A stretch of 64,000 bases of DNA from Oligoflexia bacterium (GTDB lineage: Bacteria > Bdellovibrionota_G > JALEGL01), in assembly GCA_035326705.1 (NCBI GenBank), contig DAOLES010000005.1:54444-118443 (forward strand), read 5' to 3'. The position numbers and the translations under genes were made by a program. Of this stretch, positions 1 to 9,770 are shown one piece after another. Under the pieces are notes generated by a model. It saw nothing but the letters and a program-made list of their open reading frames with translations, was not told where the DNA came from and made no database searches. Each line of letters begins with the position of its first letter. Within the stretch, counting starts at the first letter, position 1.

Positions 1-1
1 A

Positions 2-481
2 GGTGATATTATTATTTTGCACCACCCACGTTCCATTCTCAGTTTAGATGCTTTTAAACAATTAGAATCTCTCAAATCTGATACGTGGGGCGGATTTACC
101 CACTGTTTTGATCACAGTGGGTTATTGTACAGTTTTACCTCTTGGTACTCTAATCATATTCGTTTACGATATAAGCAAATTGTTTACTTGGATCATTGCA
201 TCTTTTTACACAAACAATTTTTAACCTATCAACCCTTGTTTGAAGACGTTAAAATTTTTGAAGACACCTTATTGTCCAATAAACTAAAACAATACGCTAA
301 ACCTATTTTATTGCCCGCAATTAGCACAACATCATCCATACGTTTTAAAAAAAATGGTCTATTCAAACAAGCCTTACTAAACCAAATAGCTAAAATATTA
401 TTTATTGTTGGGATTCACCCTAACAGTATTGATAAACTTTATGAAAAAAACTTATCCTTAAACTCTCGCTATCAAAAATAA
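2..481 (+). CDS. Glycosyltransferase family 2-like protein, C-terminal part (5' end outside the window)
   Basis: The frame is open from nt 2 (GDIIILHHPRS...), so the ORF-track start at 17 is not a true start. The tail SSIRFKKNGLFKQALLNQ resembles the C-terminus of TIGR04283-type GT2 transferases. Motif recall only. Confidence 0.4.
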   Translation, partial: GDIIILHHPRSILSLDAFKQLESLKSDTWGGFTHCFDHSGLLYSFTSWYSNHIRLRYKQIVYLDHCIFLHKQFLTYQPLFEDVKIFEDTLLSNKLKQYAKPILLPAISTTSSIRFKKNGLFKQALLNQIAKILFIVGIHPNSIDKLYEKNLSLNSRYQK

Positions 482-503
482 ACTTAAAAAGGATTCAGAA
501 AAA

Positions 504-1319
504 TTAAGGCAATACTTTAGTTAAGTATTGATAGGCATCTTCTACCGTATCTGTAAAGTGAATCAAGTCTATGTCTTTATCACTGATGGTGCCCCAATCA
601 GCCATGGCATTCATATTCATCACATCATTCCAATATTCTGTACCATAAATAACCACAGGAATTTTTCGTTTAATCTTTTGAGTTTGCATTAAGGTCATTA
701 ATTCTGCTAACTCATCCAAGGTACCAAAACCACCTGGAAAAATCACCAAGGCTTTGGATTGATAGGCAAACCAATATTTACGCATAAAAAAGTAATGAAA
801 CTCAAAATTCAACTCCGGACTGATATAAGGATTGCTATTGGGTTCAAAAGGCAAAGAAATATTTAAACCAATGGATCTTCCTTTAGCTTGCTTTGCTCCC
901 TTATTGGCGGCCTCCATCATGCCGGGACCACCTCCAGAACAAATATAATATTTTTGTTTTTTGCCGTGAGTTTTTTGTGTCCATTGCGTTAAACGTTTGG
1001 CTAAATCCACTGCGTCTTCATAATATTGGGCAAGCTTCACTTTTTTTTCTAGGCGATGAACTTTTTGTGCTTGTAGGGATGTAGGATTTTTTTTGTCCAA
1101 TTTATTTAAAAACTCTTTTTGCTCTTTTTTTGCTTCTTTAAGTGGAATAGAACGCGCGGAACCAAAAAAAACAATGGTATCTTCTACGCCTTCTTTGGCC
1201 AAAGCTTCTTCAGGCCCTAAGTATTCTGCTAAAATTCTAAGAGGACGTGCTTCCCGTGAATGAATAAAATATTGGCTTTCATAAAACTTGTCCAATTGAC
1301 GCTTTGATATTTTTTTCAT
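504..1319 (-). CDS. LOG family / TIGR00730 Rossmann-fold nucleotide-binding protein
   Basis: GGGPGMMEAANKGA and PGGFGTLDELAE are the two hallmark LOG (lysine-decarboxylase-like) motifs. The ORF is intact at 271 aa. Confidence 0.85.
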   Translation of the reverse strand: MKKISKRQLDKFYESQYFIHSREARPLRILAEYLGPEEALAKEGVEDTIVFFGSARSIPLKEAKKEQKEFLNKLDKKNPTSLQAQKVHRLEKKVKLAQYYEDAVDLAKRLTQWTQKTHGKKQKYYICSGGGPGMMEAANKGAKQAKGRSIGLNISLPFEPNSNPYISPELNFEFHYFFMRKYWFAYQSKALVIFPGGFGTLDELAELMTLMQTQKIKRKIPVVIYGTEYWNDVMNMNAMADWGTISDKDIDLIHFTDTVEDAYQYLTKVLP

Positions 1320-1392
1320 CGTGACAAAGTAACAGATACAATTTTAAGCGTATAGTTTTATTCAAGTTTATGGCCAGATAAAAATTGAACTT

Positions 1393-2691
1393 TTATTTTA
1401 AAACTTCTTCTGTGCGTTTACCTAAAACATAAAGACAGATTAAGCCCGGTATTGCCATTAACATACCACTGACAAAAAACTGCGCATAACCGGCATGTTG
1501 AACCGTAAGTAAAGTATGGGCTTGCATGTATTCAATTAATTGGCCGGCAAATCCTGAAAAAAATGTGCGCCCAAAAGAAGCCAAACTGGCAAATAAAGCA
1601 TATTGGCTGGCTGTAAAACTTTTATTGGTTAATTTTCCCATCAAAGCCACCAACGCAGCTGTACCGATGCCACTGGACATATCTTCAAAAAACACTATAC
1701 CTGCAAAAACCATTTTGGTTGTTACGTAAGCCAAGATTGCATAGGCCCCTGTTGATAATGCTTGCAAAATACCACCAACCCATAGACCTGCTTTATACCC
1801 AAAACGATAAATCACACCGCCACCAATAAAAAGTCCGGCCATGGTAGAGAAAAACCCAACTGTAGAACTGATAGCACCAATATCTTTATTGCTATAACCC
1901 AAATCTGCATAAAATGGCGAGGTCATTGATCCACAAATGGCATCACCAAACTTGTACAATAAAATAAACAATAAAATTAAAATCGCTGATTCTCTTTTAA
2001 AAAAATCAAGAAAGGGATGAACAACAGCCTGTGTTAAGGATGATACTTTTTTGCTGTAGTTTTCTGGCTCATCTGCCCAAAAAGTTACCAATAAACCCAA
2101 GAGGGCAAAGAAGGATAATAAACGAAACATTTGATTGAATGTCCAATTCCAGGTGTCAGCATCAACAATCCAGATACAAAAACCACTGGCCACCCACATG
2201 GCAACACGATAGCCATAAACACCAAACGAGGCCCCAACACCAAGTTCGCTTTCATCTAAAATTTCATTACGATACGCATCAACCGCAACATCATGCGTGG
2301 CACTAAAAAAACACAGTAAAAAGCCGGCAATTGCAATCAAGGTCAACGATTGTTGGGGTTGAGCAAAACTCAAAGCTAAAAAGCTTAAAGCTAAAGCAAT
2401 TTGAGTGATGGCTAGCCAACCTCTTCTGCGGCCAAATGATTTAAAGAAGGTATACCTATCCAATAAAAATGCCCAAACAAAATTCCAAGAATACGGTACC
2501 GCTAAAAACGACATAAAACCTATGGTTGATAGATCGATGCCTTCCCTACGCAACCATAACTTTAAAGTTTTATAAATCACCATGATGGGTAAACCGCTTG
2601 AGAACCCCAAGAGTAAAACAACCAACATTCGCTTTTGTAACAATAAGACCAATAACTCTTTAAACGAATGCTTTTGTTTTTCCATAATCAA
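1393..2691 (-). CDS. ampG: AmpG family muropeptide MFS transporter
   Basis: 432 aa multi-TM protein. The N-terminal LLGFSSGLP motif and overall MFS layout are typical of AmpG permeases. Confidence 0.75.
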   Translation of the reverse strand: MIMEKQKHSFKELLVLLLQKRMLVVLLLGFSSGLPIMVIYKTLKLWLRREGIDLSTIGFMSFLAVPYSWNFVWAFLLDRYTFFKSFGRRRGWLAITQIALALSFLALSFAQPQQSLTLIAIAGFLLCFFSATHDVAVDAYRNEILDESELGVGASFGVYGYRVAMWVASGFCIWIVDADTWNWTFNQMFRLLSFFALLGLLVTFWADEPENYSKKVSSLTQAVVHPFLDFFKRESAILILLFILLYKFGDAICGSMTSPFYADLGYSNKDIGAISSTVGFFSTMAGLFIGGGVIYRFGYKAGLWVGGILQALSTGAYAILAYVTTKMVFAGIVFFEDMSSGIGTAALVALMGKLTNKSFTASQYALFASLASFGRTFFSGFAGQLIEYMQAHTLLTVQHAGYAQFFVSGMLMAIPGLICLYVLGKRTEEVLK

Positions 2692-2711
2692 TGACCTCTT
2701 TATTATATTGT

Positions 2712-3551
2712 TTAAGCTTCTTTTTTTACATGAACGTCCATTTGTGGGAACGGAATTTCAATTTTTGCTTTATCCAAAGCTGTTTTAACTTGATACACCA
2801 TATCTTCATGTACTGACCAGTAATCTTTTACATCACACCAAAGACGCACCTGCCAATTAACTGCGGAATCCCCCAAACTTTGTAGCATAACTTGCGATGC
2901 CGGCTCACTTAAGCCCAGTTTTGTATTGGCCACCGCTTGTTCTAAGGCTTTTCGAGTAGCATCCATATCTGCGCTGTAAGAAACGCCTACAGAAACATCA
3001 ACTCTTCTGGTTGGAAAACCAGCATAATTTTTTATAGTTGAACTGAAAATATTGCTGTTAGGAACAGTAATCTTAATATTACTGATACTTTTAAGAACTG
3101 TACTGAAAATTTGAATTTCTTCTACGGTTCCAGACTCACTACCGGCTTCAATAAAATCACCTACTTTAAACGGTCTAAACAACAAAAGCATAAAACCTGC
3201 TGCCAAGTTAGATAAGGTTCCTTGTAGCGCCAAACCTATAGCTAAACCAGCCGCCCCCAACATGGCCGCAATACTGGTGGTTTTGATACCAAAAACATTT
3301 AAACACGATAATAAGACCAAACCCAAAACCAAGTAACGAAACATGTTAGCAACAAACTTGGTGATGGTTAGATCAACCGCTGTACGCCCAAGAACTTTTT
3401 TAATTGCATTTCTAGCCCATAGCGATAGCATCCAGCCAATAAAAAGCAACCCAATGGCTAAAAGTATTTTTACACCATACTTTATGCTTAACTCAAGCAT
3501 CCATTCTTTATTGGCTTCTACACTGTCTAACGATAGTTTTGAAAAATCCAT
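2712..3551 (-). CDS. mscS: Small-conductance mechanosensitive channel (MscS family)
   Basis: Three N-terminal TM helices are followed by FRPFKVGDFIE...GTVEEIQIFSTVLKS, the conserved MscS pore and beta-domain signature. Confidence 0.85.
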   Translation of the reverse strand: MDFSKLSLDSVEANKEWMLELSIKYGVKILLAIGLLFIGWMLSLWARNAIKKVLGRTAVDLTITKFVANMFRYLVLGLVLLSCLNVFGIKTTSIAAMLGAAGLAIGLALQGTLSNLAAGFMLLLFRPFKVGDFIEAGSESGTVEEIQIFSTVLKSISNIKITVPNSNIFSSTIKNYAGFPTRRVDVSVGVSYSADMDATRKALEQAVANTKLGLSEPASQVMLQSLGDSAVNWQVRLWCDVKDYWSVHEDMVYQVKTALDKAKIEIPFPQMDVHVKKEA

Positions 3552-3602
3552 GTTATACTGACTAACATTTGCTCAATCTGCTGGCAAGTTTATGACCGTC
3601 AG

Positions 3603-4790
3603 TTAATCTTTGACAGCTTTAATAAATTTCTGCATAAAAAAGCCGTCCGTTCCTTCTGTATCTGGTCTGAAATAAATAGGCTCTCCTTGCATAATAAAAT
3701 GCGAATGTTTTAATAAAAAATCACTGCATACTTTTTCATTTTCATTTTTATTCAACGAGCACGTAATGTAATATAAACTGCCCTTATCTTTTACATATTG
3801 ACTGTACCTGCTTAAAATTTTTTTTTGTAATTTAGGAAAAGATTCAACCCATGTTGGGGTCATAGTCCATTTGGCCATAGGGTTGCGCCGTAAAGTCCCT
3901 AAGCCAGAACATGGTGAGTCTACAAGCACGTGATCAAACATTTTTTGCCCAACAATGGGTCTGGGATCATCTTGCCCAACCCACTGAGTTTGAATGTTCT
4001 TAACGCCCAAACGCCTGGCTCTTTGCTTAAGCTTTTCTAAAACACGACTGTCACTATCTGTGGCTAAGATTTCTCCACTATTTTCTAATAATGCCGCCAT
4101 AGCAAAACTTTTTCCGCCTGTACGGGCACAAGCATCCAATACTTTAGCATGCTCTGGTAAATCCATTTTTAATACACACAACTGACTGGCTTCATCTTGT
4201 GGTTCTAACCAACCATTTTTGTAAGCCCTGTGATGTTTGATATTGGTTCTTTGTTCTAGTTCAATTGCCCATGGTGAGTATGCACTGGGCTTAGCGCTAA
4301 TGTTTTCAGCTTTTAAAAACTCTAAGACTGAATCTCTATCTGTCTTTAAGGTATTCACTCTAAACACTGCTTTGGCTGGCTCATTCATGGCTAAAGCCAA
4401 ATCTATACTGGGTTCAAAACCAAATTGTGACACCCAAAGCTGCAAAAGCCATGTTGGAAAAGATACTTCAATAGCAACTTTATCTAATGGTTGCTTAGAC
4501 CAATGCACATAATCAAATGTGCTTTTCATATTATTGATCTCCGTGAGTTTTTTTTGTATCTGTTCCCAGTCCATTTTACTAGGCGCAATATCGCCCCAAA
4601 GTTTCCGACGCCAGCGTATACAATTAAAAAATAAATTACTAAGATATCGGCGCTCACCCGAATGAAGCTGGCGTGAGGAGAGAATATTTTTCTTTGCCAA
4701 AGAAAAACTGAGCCCAGGATTAGAAAAAGACTGTACCACTGCCTGTTTAAGCAGGCTCCATCCTTGTTCCGAAACCTTTTGCATACCCAT
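3603..4790 (-). CDS. RsmB/NOP2-family SAM-dependent RNA cytosine-C5 methyltransferase
   Basis: VLDACARTGGKS (SAM motif I), VLVDSPCSGLGTLRRNP (motif IV with catalytic Cys) and YITCSL (motif VI Cys). Confidence 0.75.
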   Translation of the reverse strand: MGMQKVSEQGWSLLKQAVVQSFSNPGLSFSLAKKNILSSRQLHSGERRYLSNLFFNCIRWRRKLWGDIAPSKMDWEQIQKKLTEINNMKSTFDYVHWSKQPLDKVAIEVSFPTWLLQLWVSQFGFEPSIDLALAMNEPAKAVFRVNTLKTDRDSVLEFLKAENISAKPSAYSPWAIELEQRTNIKHHRAYKNGWLEPQDEASQLCVLKMDLPEHAKVLDACARTGGKSFAMAALLENSGEILATDSDSRVLEKLKQRARRLGVKNIQTQWVGQDDPRPIVGQKMFDHVLVDSPCSGLGTLRRNPMAKWTMTPTWVESFPKLQKKILSRYSQYVKDKGSLYYITCSLNKNENEKVCSDFLLKHSHFIMQGEPIYFRPDTEGTDGFFMQKFIKAVKD

Positions 4791-4797
4791 ACGTCGT

Positions 4798-6774
4798 CTA
4801 CGCTCTGGGTTCTATCCATTTATCATGGGCTTTAATCAGCGCAATCAATTCTTCATCGGCTTTTGCACTGGGAATACTTCTTTTTACGCACTCTTTACCC
4901 ACGTATAAATTGATGTGCCCTGGACCTGAGCCTACGTAACCAAAATCAGCATCCGCCATTTCTCCTGGTCCATTAACAATACAGCCCATAATAGCAATTT
5001 TTAAACCTTTGAGATGCCCTGTTTTACTGCGTATTCTTGCCGTGGTTTCTTGCAAATCAAACAAGGTTCTTCCACACGATGGACAGGCAATATAATCGGT
5101 TTTGGTCATCCGCAAACGTGAAGCCTGTAAAACCAAATAACATAAGTCCCTATTAAACTGTGCGCCAAAGACGCTTTCTACTTCAACCGAATCTCCTAAC
5201 CCTTCACACAATAAGGCGCCCAATTCTACAGCTGCTTTAAGCTGGGTTGCTTCCTTGTTGAGTTTTTCTTCTCCAACATAGACCAAGTGTAGGGGTAACT
5301 GCACGCTGTGCTTGTCCATCCATACTTTTAATTTTCTAACAATGGCAATTAAACTGTGACCTCTTACTTCAAAACCAACCTTGTGCTTTGCAAAAAACTC
5401 AAGATCGATACTGGCCAGTTGATCAACATCACTGAGCCACTCAAATCGCAACCACAATAATTTATTATCCATCATTGGCATTAATTTATCTGCATACTGT
5501 TTTTCTGCCCAGACAGGACTAACCATCACACTTAGTTCATCATAGTCTTCTGGCTGGATACCCAGCTTTTGCATTTGTAAACTTTGAATGCGTACACACC
5601 TAGAAACCTTTGCCTCCAGACAACTATGCATTATTTTATGCTGATTATTTTTATCGTTGGTGGTCTCCAGTTTAAACACAACTTTTTCAATAGGGTAATC
5701 TTCATCTTTCAATAGTTCTACGTCACTTGCTTGCAGTTGACCTACAGCTGTTCGCACCAATTGTTTGTGCCCATAGCTGATCTTATCTAAATCATAATTT
5801 TCGCTGGCATGACGATGGTATTGATACATATCCCAGCTGGGAATGATATTATCCATCTTATCTGCTTCTCTTTCTTGCATGGCTGTTGCAACGGGACGCT
5901 CATACAATGCCAATAAAGCTTTAGCAACTGGGATTTCATGCTCTGGATCTTCCGTCAATGATACCCTAATGGTATCGCCTAAACCATCAGCCAATAAACT
6001 GCCAATACCCATGGCGGACTTGATTCGGCCATCCTCTCCATCTCCAGCTTCAGTCACACCCAAATGTAAAGGATAATGCATGTCATGTTGCTGCATGTGA
6101 CTAACCAAAAGTCTATACGCCTGAATCATCACCATTGGATTAGACGCTTTCATGGATAGCACAATGTTATGAAAGTTTTCACTCTTGGCAATACGTAAAA
6201 ATTCCATGGCAGACTCCACCATGCCTAAAGGTGTGTCTCCATAACGACTCATGATTCTATCGGACAAAGAACCATGGTTGGTGCCAATGCGCAAAGCCAC
6301 ACCATTTTCTTTGGCTTTATTCAATAAGGGTAAAAAGGTATCATAAATTCTATCCAACTCTTCTTGATAGGCAGCATCAGTATATTCAACCATATTAAAA
6401 GCTTTTTTATCAGCAAAATTACCTGGGTTGATTCTCACTTTTTCATAAAGTTCACAGGCTCTTAAGGCTACTTTGGGTTGAAAATGAACATCCGCCACCA
6501 AAGGCACATGCAAATTGCGTTTTTGCATTTCTTTACGAATTTCAACTGTATTTTCTAACTCGGTTAAGTTGGGGGTTGTAATGCGGACAATTTGACAGCC
6601 CACATCGATCAGACGAGCAATTTGATCCACCGTGGCTTGCGTATCTTTGGTGGGAGTAGTGGTCATAGATTGAACAACAATTTTATGTTGTCCACCAATT
6701 CTAATATCCCCTACGGATACTTCATGGGTTTTACGACGATAAGCATGTAAAAAATTGTTGGTGTATGCTAGCAT
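4798..6774 (-). CDS. ispG: 4-hydroxy-3-methylbut-2-en-1-yl diphosphate synthase, long form with inserted domain
   Basis: N-terminal TIM-barrel motifs (QSMTTT, RITTPN, PLVADVHF, RINPGN) and a C-terminal 4Fe-4S domain (ACPSCGRT...MGCIVNGPGE) are separated by an insert of about 270 aa. At 658 aa it matches the long GcpE class. Confidence 0.9.
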   Translation of the reverse strand: MLAYTNNFLHAYRRKTHEVSVGDIRIGGQHKIVVQSMTTTPTKDTQATVDQIARLIDVGCQIVRITTPNLTELENTVEIRKEMQKRNLHVPLVADVHFQPKVALRACELYEKVRINPGNFADKKAFNMVEYTDAAYQEELDRIYDTFLPLLNKAKENGVALRIGTNHGSLSDRIMSRYGDTPLGMVESAMEFLRIAKSENFHNIVLSMKASNPMVMIQAYRLLVSHMQQHDMHYPLHLGVTEAGDGEDGRIKSAMGIGSLLADGLGDTIRVSLTEDPEHEIPVAKALLALYERPVATAMQEREADKMDNIIPSWDMYQYHRHASENYDLDKISYGHKQLVRTAVGQLQASDVELLKDEDYPIEKVVFKLETTNDKNNQHKIMHSCLEAKVSRCVRIQSLQMQKLGIQPEDYDELSVMVSPVWAEKQYADKLMPMMDNKLLWLRFEWLSDVDQLASIDLEFFAKHKVGFEVRGHSLIAIVRKLKVWMDKHSVQLPLHLVYVGEEKLNKEATQLKAAVELGALLCEGLGDSVEVESVFGAQFNRDLCYLVLQASRLRMTKTDYIACPSCGRTLFDLQETTARIRSKTGHLKGLKIAIMGCIVNGPGEMADADFGYVGSGPGHINLYVGKECVKRSIPSAKADEELIALIKAHDKWIEPRA

Positions 6775-6921
6775 GCTACACTTATCTATAAATTTATGCC
6801 TTTCGTCAAGGCCACAAAATAATAAATCTAAAGGTCATTGGATATACAATAAAGTAAGAAAAATAAAGAAGATGTTTGGGTTCTCCCTGTCGTAAAACAG
6901 GGAGCATACCCAAAAATAAGA

Positions 6922-7572
6922 TTAATAATTTAAAACTAAATTGATTGTTTCCACTGAAGAAGGGCCTGATTGTTGTCTAGGTAAATTACCAATCACAGGC
7001 TCATCGGTGATCACATCCCAAAAATTTTCTGTTACTTTAATGTCAACGTTAAGTTGATAATAAAGCTCATCCACTGCACCACTTGCTCTACTTAAGGCTC
7101 TGTAATCACTGAACAACAAGGTATATTGAATTGTTTGACTGCATTGATCATAGTTACCACAGCTGTCTTGATCCAATCGCTTATAAACTTGTTTAGAGAA
7201 TTTTCTTTTGGTTACCAATTCTCGTTGTTCTTGTTCAGGAATTACTTCATTGTTCCAACCTGAAACAGGGACAGAAGCAAGTTCACCTGAAATACCTTCA
7301 CAGTTAGAGAAAACCAAAGAATAATACGGCTTGTTGTTTTTTTCAGCTGTAATTGTACAACCACCATCAACATCAGCAACTGGGCTATAAAAATATGGCA
7401 TTAACTGGTTATCCACCGTACCAATTTCACTAACAATTGTTTGCTCTTCAGTCAATGCTGGTCCTGGCTTTGGATAAGGGATATCATCTCCATAGATGCC
7501 TTGAGCCATAATTTGACTGCTGATTAATAATACTACTACTGTCGTTGTTTTTTTAAGTGTTTCCATCATCAT
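6922..7572 (-). CDS. Hypothetical secreted protein
   Basis: 216 aa ORF with an N-terminal signal peptide (TTTVVVLLISSQIMAQG). I recognise no family. Confidence 0.45.
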   Translation of the reverse strand: MMMETLKKTTTVVVLLISSQIMAQGIYGDDIPYPKPGPALTEEQTIVSEIGTVDNQLMPYFYSPVADVDGGCTITAEKNNKPYYSLVFSNCEGISGELASVPVSGWNNEVIPEQEQRELVTKRKFSKQVYKRLDQDSCGNYDQCSQTIQYTLLFSDYRALSRASGAVDELYYQLNVDIKVTENFWDVITDEPVIGNLPRQQSGPSSVETINLVLNY

Positions 7573-7617
7573 GCATCATGAACTATGCAATAAAATGCAT
7601 TGTGTCAAATACTTTTT

Positions 7618-9165
7618 TCACTCTATCTTTGGCCAATGCTGATAGCTGTAAGCCTCATAAACATGCTTAAGCTCTACTGTCTTACTTTGTTCATAATCAG
7701 CAATACTCCGGGCTACTCTTAGCATTTTTTCTACCCTTCTAAAGGACAGGAGGTTTTTCTGAGTCCAGTTTTCTATTTGCTGATCTACCACCAAAGAAAC
7801 CGGATTTTTTTGCCAAAACAGTTTGCTGTTAACTCTGGCGTTGCTTTGTTTTTGACTGCTTAAATAACGTTTTGCTTGTTGTTTTCTGGCTTGAAGTATC
7901 TTGTTACACACAGATTGATCGTCTTCAAACTGCTTTTGGTCCTGTTTAACACTACTCCAGGAAATCTTTGGGATATAGATGACCATGTCAATGCGTTCAC
8001 GTATGGGTTTAGATAGTTTATCCATGTATTTTTGAATCTCTCTATAGCTGCATTGGCAATAGTTTTTGTTTTCTCCTCGTCCACCACAAGGGCATAAATT
8101 ACTGGTTCCTACCAACATAAACTCTGAAGGTAAGGTAAAGTGCCCTTCACTTCTAACCACAGAAATTTCATGGTTTTCCAAGGCTTCACGCAAACTCTCT
8201 AAAATATCTCTGCGAAACTCGGTAATTTCATCCAAACAAAGTATGCCTTTGTGAGCACGCGTAAACTCTCCCATACTAAAAGGCCGCCCTCCACCAACCA
8301 TACCTGCTAAAGACGAGGTATGATGTGGCATCTGAAAAGGTCTACTGGCATCGTATTGTTGCGCATATTGTTTTGAAAGACTTTTAATTTTAACAATCTC
8401 TTTTTGCTCTTGTGTATTGGGAGCTGGATAAATTGCATTGAGTCTTTTGGCCATAAAACTTTTTCCCACTCCAGGCGGCCCCAACAACAAAACATTGTGC
8501 TCACCAGCCACAGCAATTTGCAAGGCTCTTTTTACTTTATATTGTCCTTTGATGTCATGCCAAGAATAAGTTTTACTTGTTTTGAGCGCAACGGTTTTTA
8601 AGCTTTGTCCTTGTTTATTCCCAGCCATAACTTCTATCAATTCTTGTAAGGACTGGATACCAACTATAGACAAATCATCTTTAAAATAGGATAAAGGTGT
8701 TTGATTTTCAGACGCTAAAAACAATTTTTTGTAGCCTTGTTCCGCCGCAAACAAACTCGCAGCCATTGCTCCTTGAACAGGCAAAATCTCCCCCTTCAGT
8801 GACAATTCACCCAGAAATAGACTGTTTTCTATCTCTTCTTTATTTATTTTTCCTAAAGCAGATAAAATGGCCACAGCTATAGCCAAGTCTAACAGTGTGC
8901 CTTCTTTTTTAATGGCCGCCGGCATTAAGTTTACAATAATACTGTAATCAGAACAGTTGATGCCCAGCTGAGCCAAAGCTGCACTAACCCTACTTTTACC
9001 TTCCAAAACAGCATTTTGTGCTAAACCAATGATATTAAACTTAGGCATGCCGCGTTTAACTTCTACTTCTATAGACACCGTAAATGCTTGCAAAGCTTGA
9101 AATCCCAGAGAAAAAACACGTTCTTTCGTGTTATCCCCCGTTAAATCTATGGTTTTTTTAGTCAT
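7618..9165 (-). CDS. comM: YifB/ComM family Mg-chelatase-like AAA+ ATPase
   Basis: Lon-protease-like N-domain, Walker A LLLGPPGVGKSF, Walker B ILCLDEITEF and a Cys-rich insert LCPCGG...CQC typical of YifB/ComM. Confidence 0.9.
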   Translation of the reverse strand: MTKKTIDLTGDNTKERVFSLGFQALQAFTVSIEVEVKRGMPKFNIIGLAQNAVLEGKSRVSAALAQLGINCSDYSIIVNLMPAAIKKEGTLLDLAIAVAILSALGKINKEEIENSLFLGELSLKGEILPVQGAMAASLFAAEQGYKKLFLASENQTPLSYFKDDLSIVGIQSLQELIEVMAGNKQGQSLKTVALKTSKTYSWHDIKGQYKVKRALQIAVAGEHNVLLLGPPGVGKSFMAKRLNAIYPAPNTQEQKEIVKIKSLSKQYAQQYDASRPFQMPHHTSSLAGMVGGGRPFSMGEFTRAHKGILCLDEITEFRRDILESLREALENHEISVVRSEGHFTLPSEFMLVGTSNLCPCGGRGENKNYCQCSYREIQKYMDKLSKPIRERIDMVIYIPKISWSSVKQDQKQFEDDQSVCNKILQARKQQAKRYLSSQKQSNARVNSKLFWQKNPVSLVVDQQIENWTQKNLLSFRRVEKMLRVARSIADYEQSKTVELKHVYEAYSYQHWPKIE

Positions 9166-9326
9166 AGAGAAAAGCTAAGCATGTTTTAGGCCAACCTGTA
9201 CCAATTGGTTTTTATTAGAAGTAACTTGTTTGATTTAATCTTAGAATCATAAATAAAATGACTATTCATGGGTAGAATAAAAAAGATTTTACAATTTTCC
9301 TGATAGGACGTACATTATTTGCAGTT

Positions 9327-9770
9327 ATGAAAAGTATTGGGCGTTTATTACAATTATTGTTGGTGTTTGCAGTTGTTACTGTTTTTTTCTTTTTCTTTTG
9401 GGAAAATTCGCAAGCCATTCAAATTCAGTTTTTGCATTGGATGTCTCCTGAACACCCCTTGGCAACTTCTTTGCTTTTGGCATTTTGTGCAGGTTTTGCT
9501 TTGGCCAGTATTTACTTTATTGTTGAAGTCTTCCGTAGCAAAACCAAACTGAGACAAAAACAAAAAGAAATCCAGCGTTTACAAAAAGAAGTGGATGCTT
9601 TACGCAACAACCCTTTGCAAAAAAAATTAAATAACTCTACTGAAATATCCAGATCTTGGGTCAATGACTTAGAACAGTCTTCTGCATCTATTCAAACAGA
9701 ATCGCCAAAAAAAAATGACTCTCAAGACTTAGAGCAAACCCATATTGACTCTAAGCCAACAACTTTATAA
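9327..9770 (+). CDS. LapA-like (DUF1049) inner-membrane protein
   Basis: Two TM helices and a coiled-coil KQKEIQRLQKEVDALR tail. The stop overlaps the start of a TPR protein (ATAATGA junction), the lapA-lapB arrangement. Confidence 0.5.
   Translation: MKSIGRLLQLLLVFAVVTVFFFFFWENSQAIQIQFLHWMSPEHPLATSLLLAFCAGFALASIYFIVEVFRSKTKLRQKQKEIQRLQKEVDALRNNPLQKKLNNSTEISRSWVNDLEQSSASIQTESPKKNDSQDLEQTHIDSKPTTL

Noticed and set aside
893-1084. Antisense or nested short ORFs inside well-supported genes. Examples: 893-1084, 1526-1729, 2582-2788, 3343-3561, 3994-4185, 4237-4512, 4526-4819, 5843-6076, 7860-8087, 8066-8254, 8307-8516, 8404-8601, 8697-8882, 9337-9552, 9354-9563, 13292-13495, 14851-15108, 15594-15821, 17612-17830, 20037-20219, 22721-22972, 29150-29368, 29971-30162, 32456-32734, 33196-33396, 33388-33573, 34382-34588, 36469-36681, 36681-36908, 37919-38113, 38945-39184, 39370-39576, 39888-40073, 40198-40386, 40973-41164, 41255-41479, 41433-41627, 43484-43675, 44204-44440, 47128-47448, 54626-54835, 54736-54942, 56414-56707, 57643-57891 and 59549-59752
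   Set aside because: All overlap longer ORFs that carry clear family motifs. They have low-complexity or odd composition and no independent support.
6877-6913. Hairpin TGGGTTCTCCCTG...CAGGGAGCATACCCA downstream of the minus-strand gene ending at 6922
   Set aside because: It is probably a terminator-like stem, but no U-tract follows on the relevant strand, so I did not list it as a feature.
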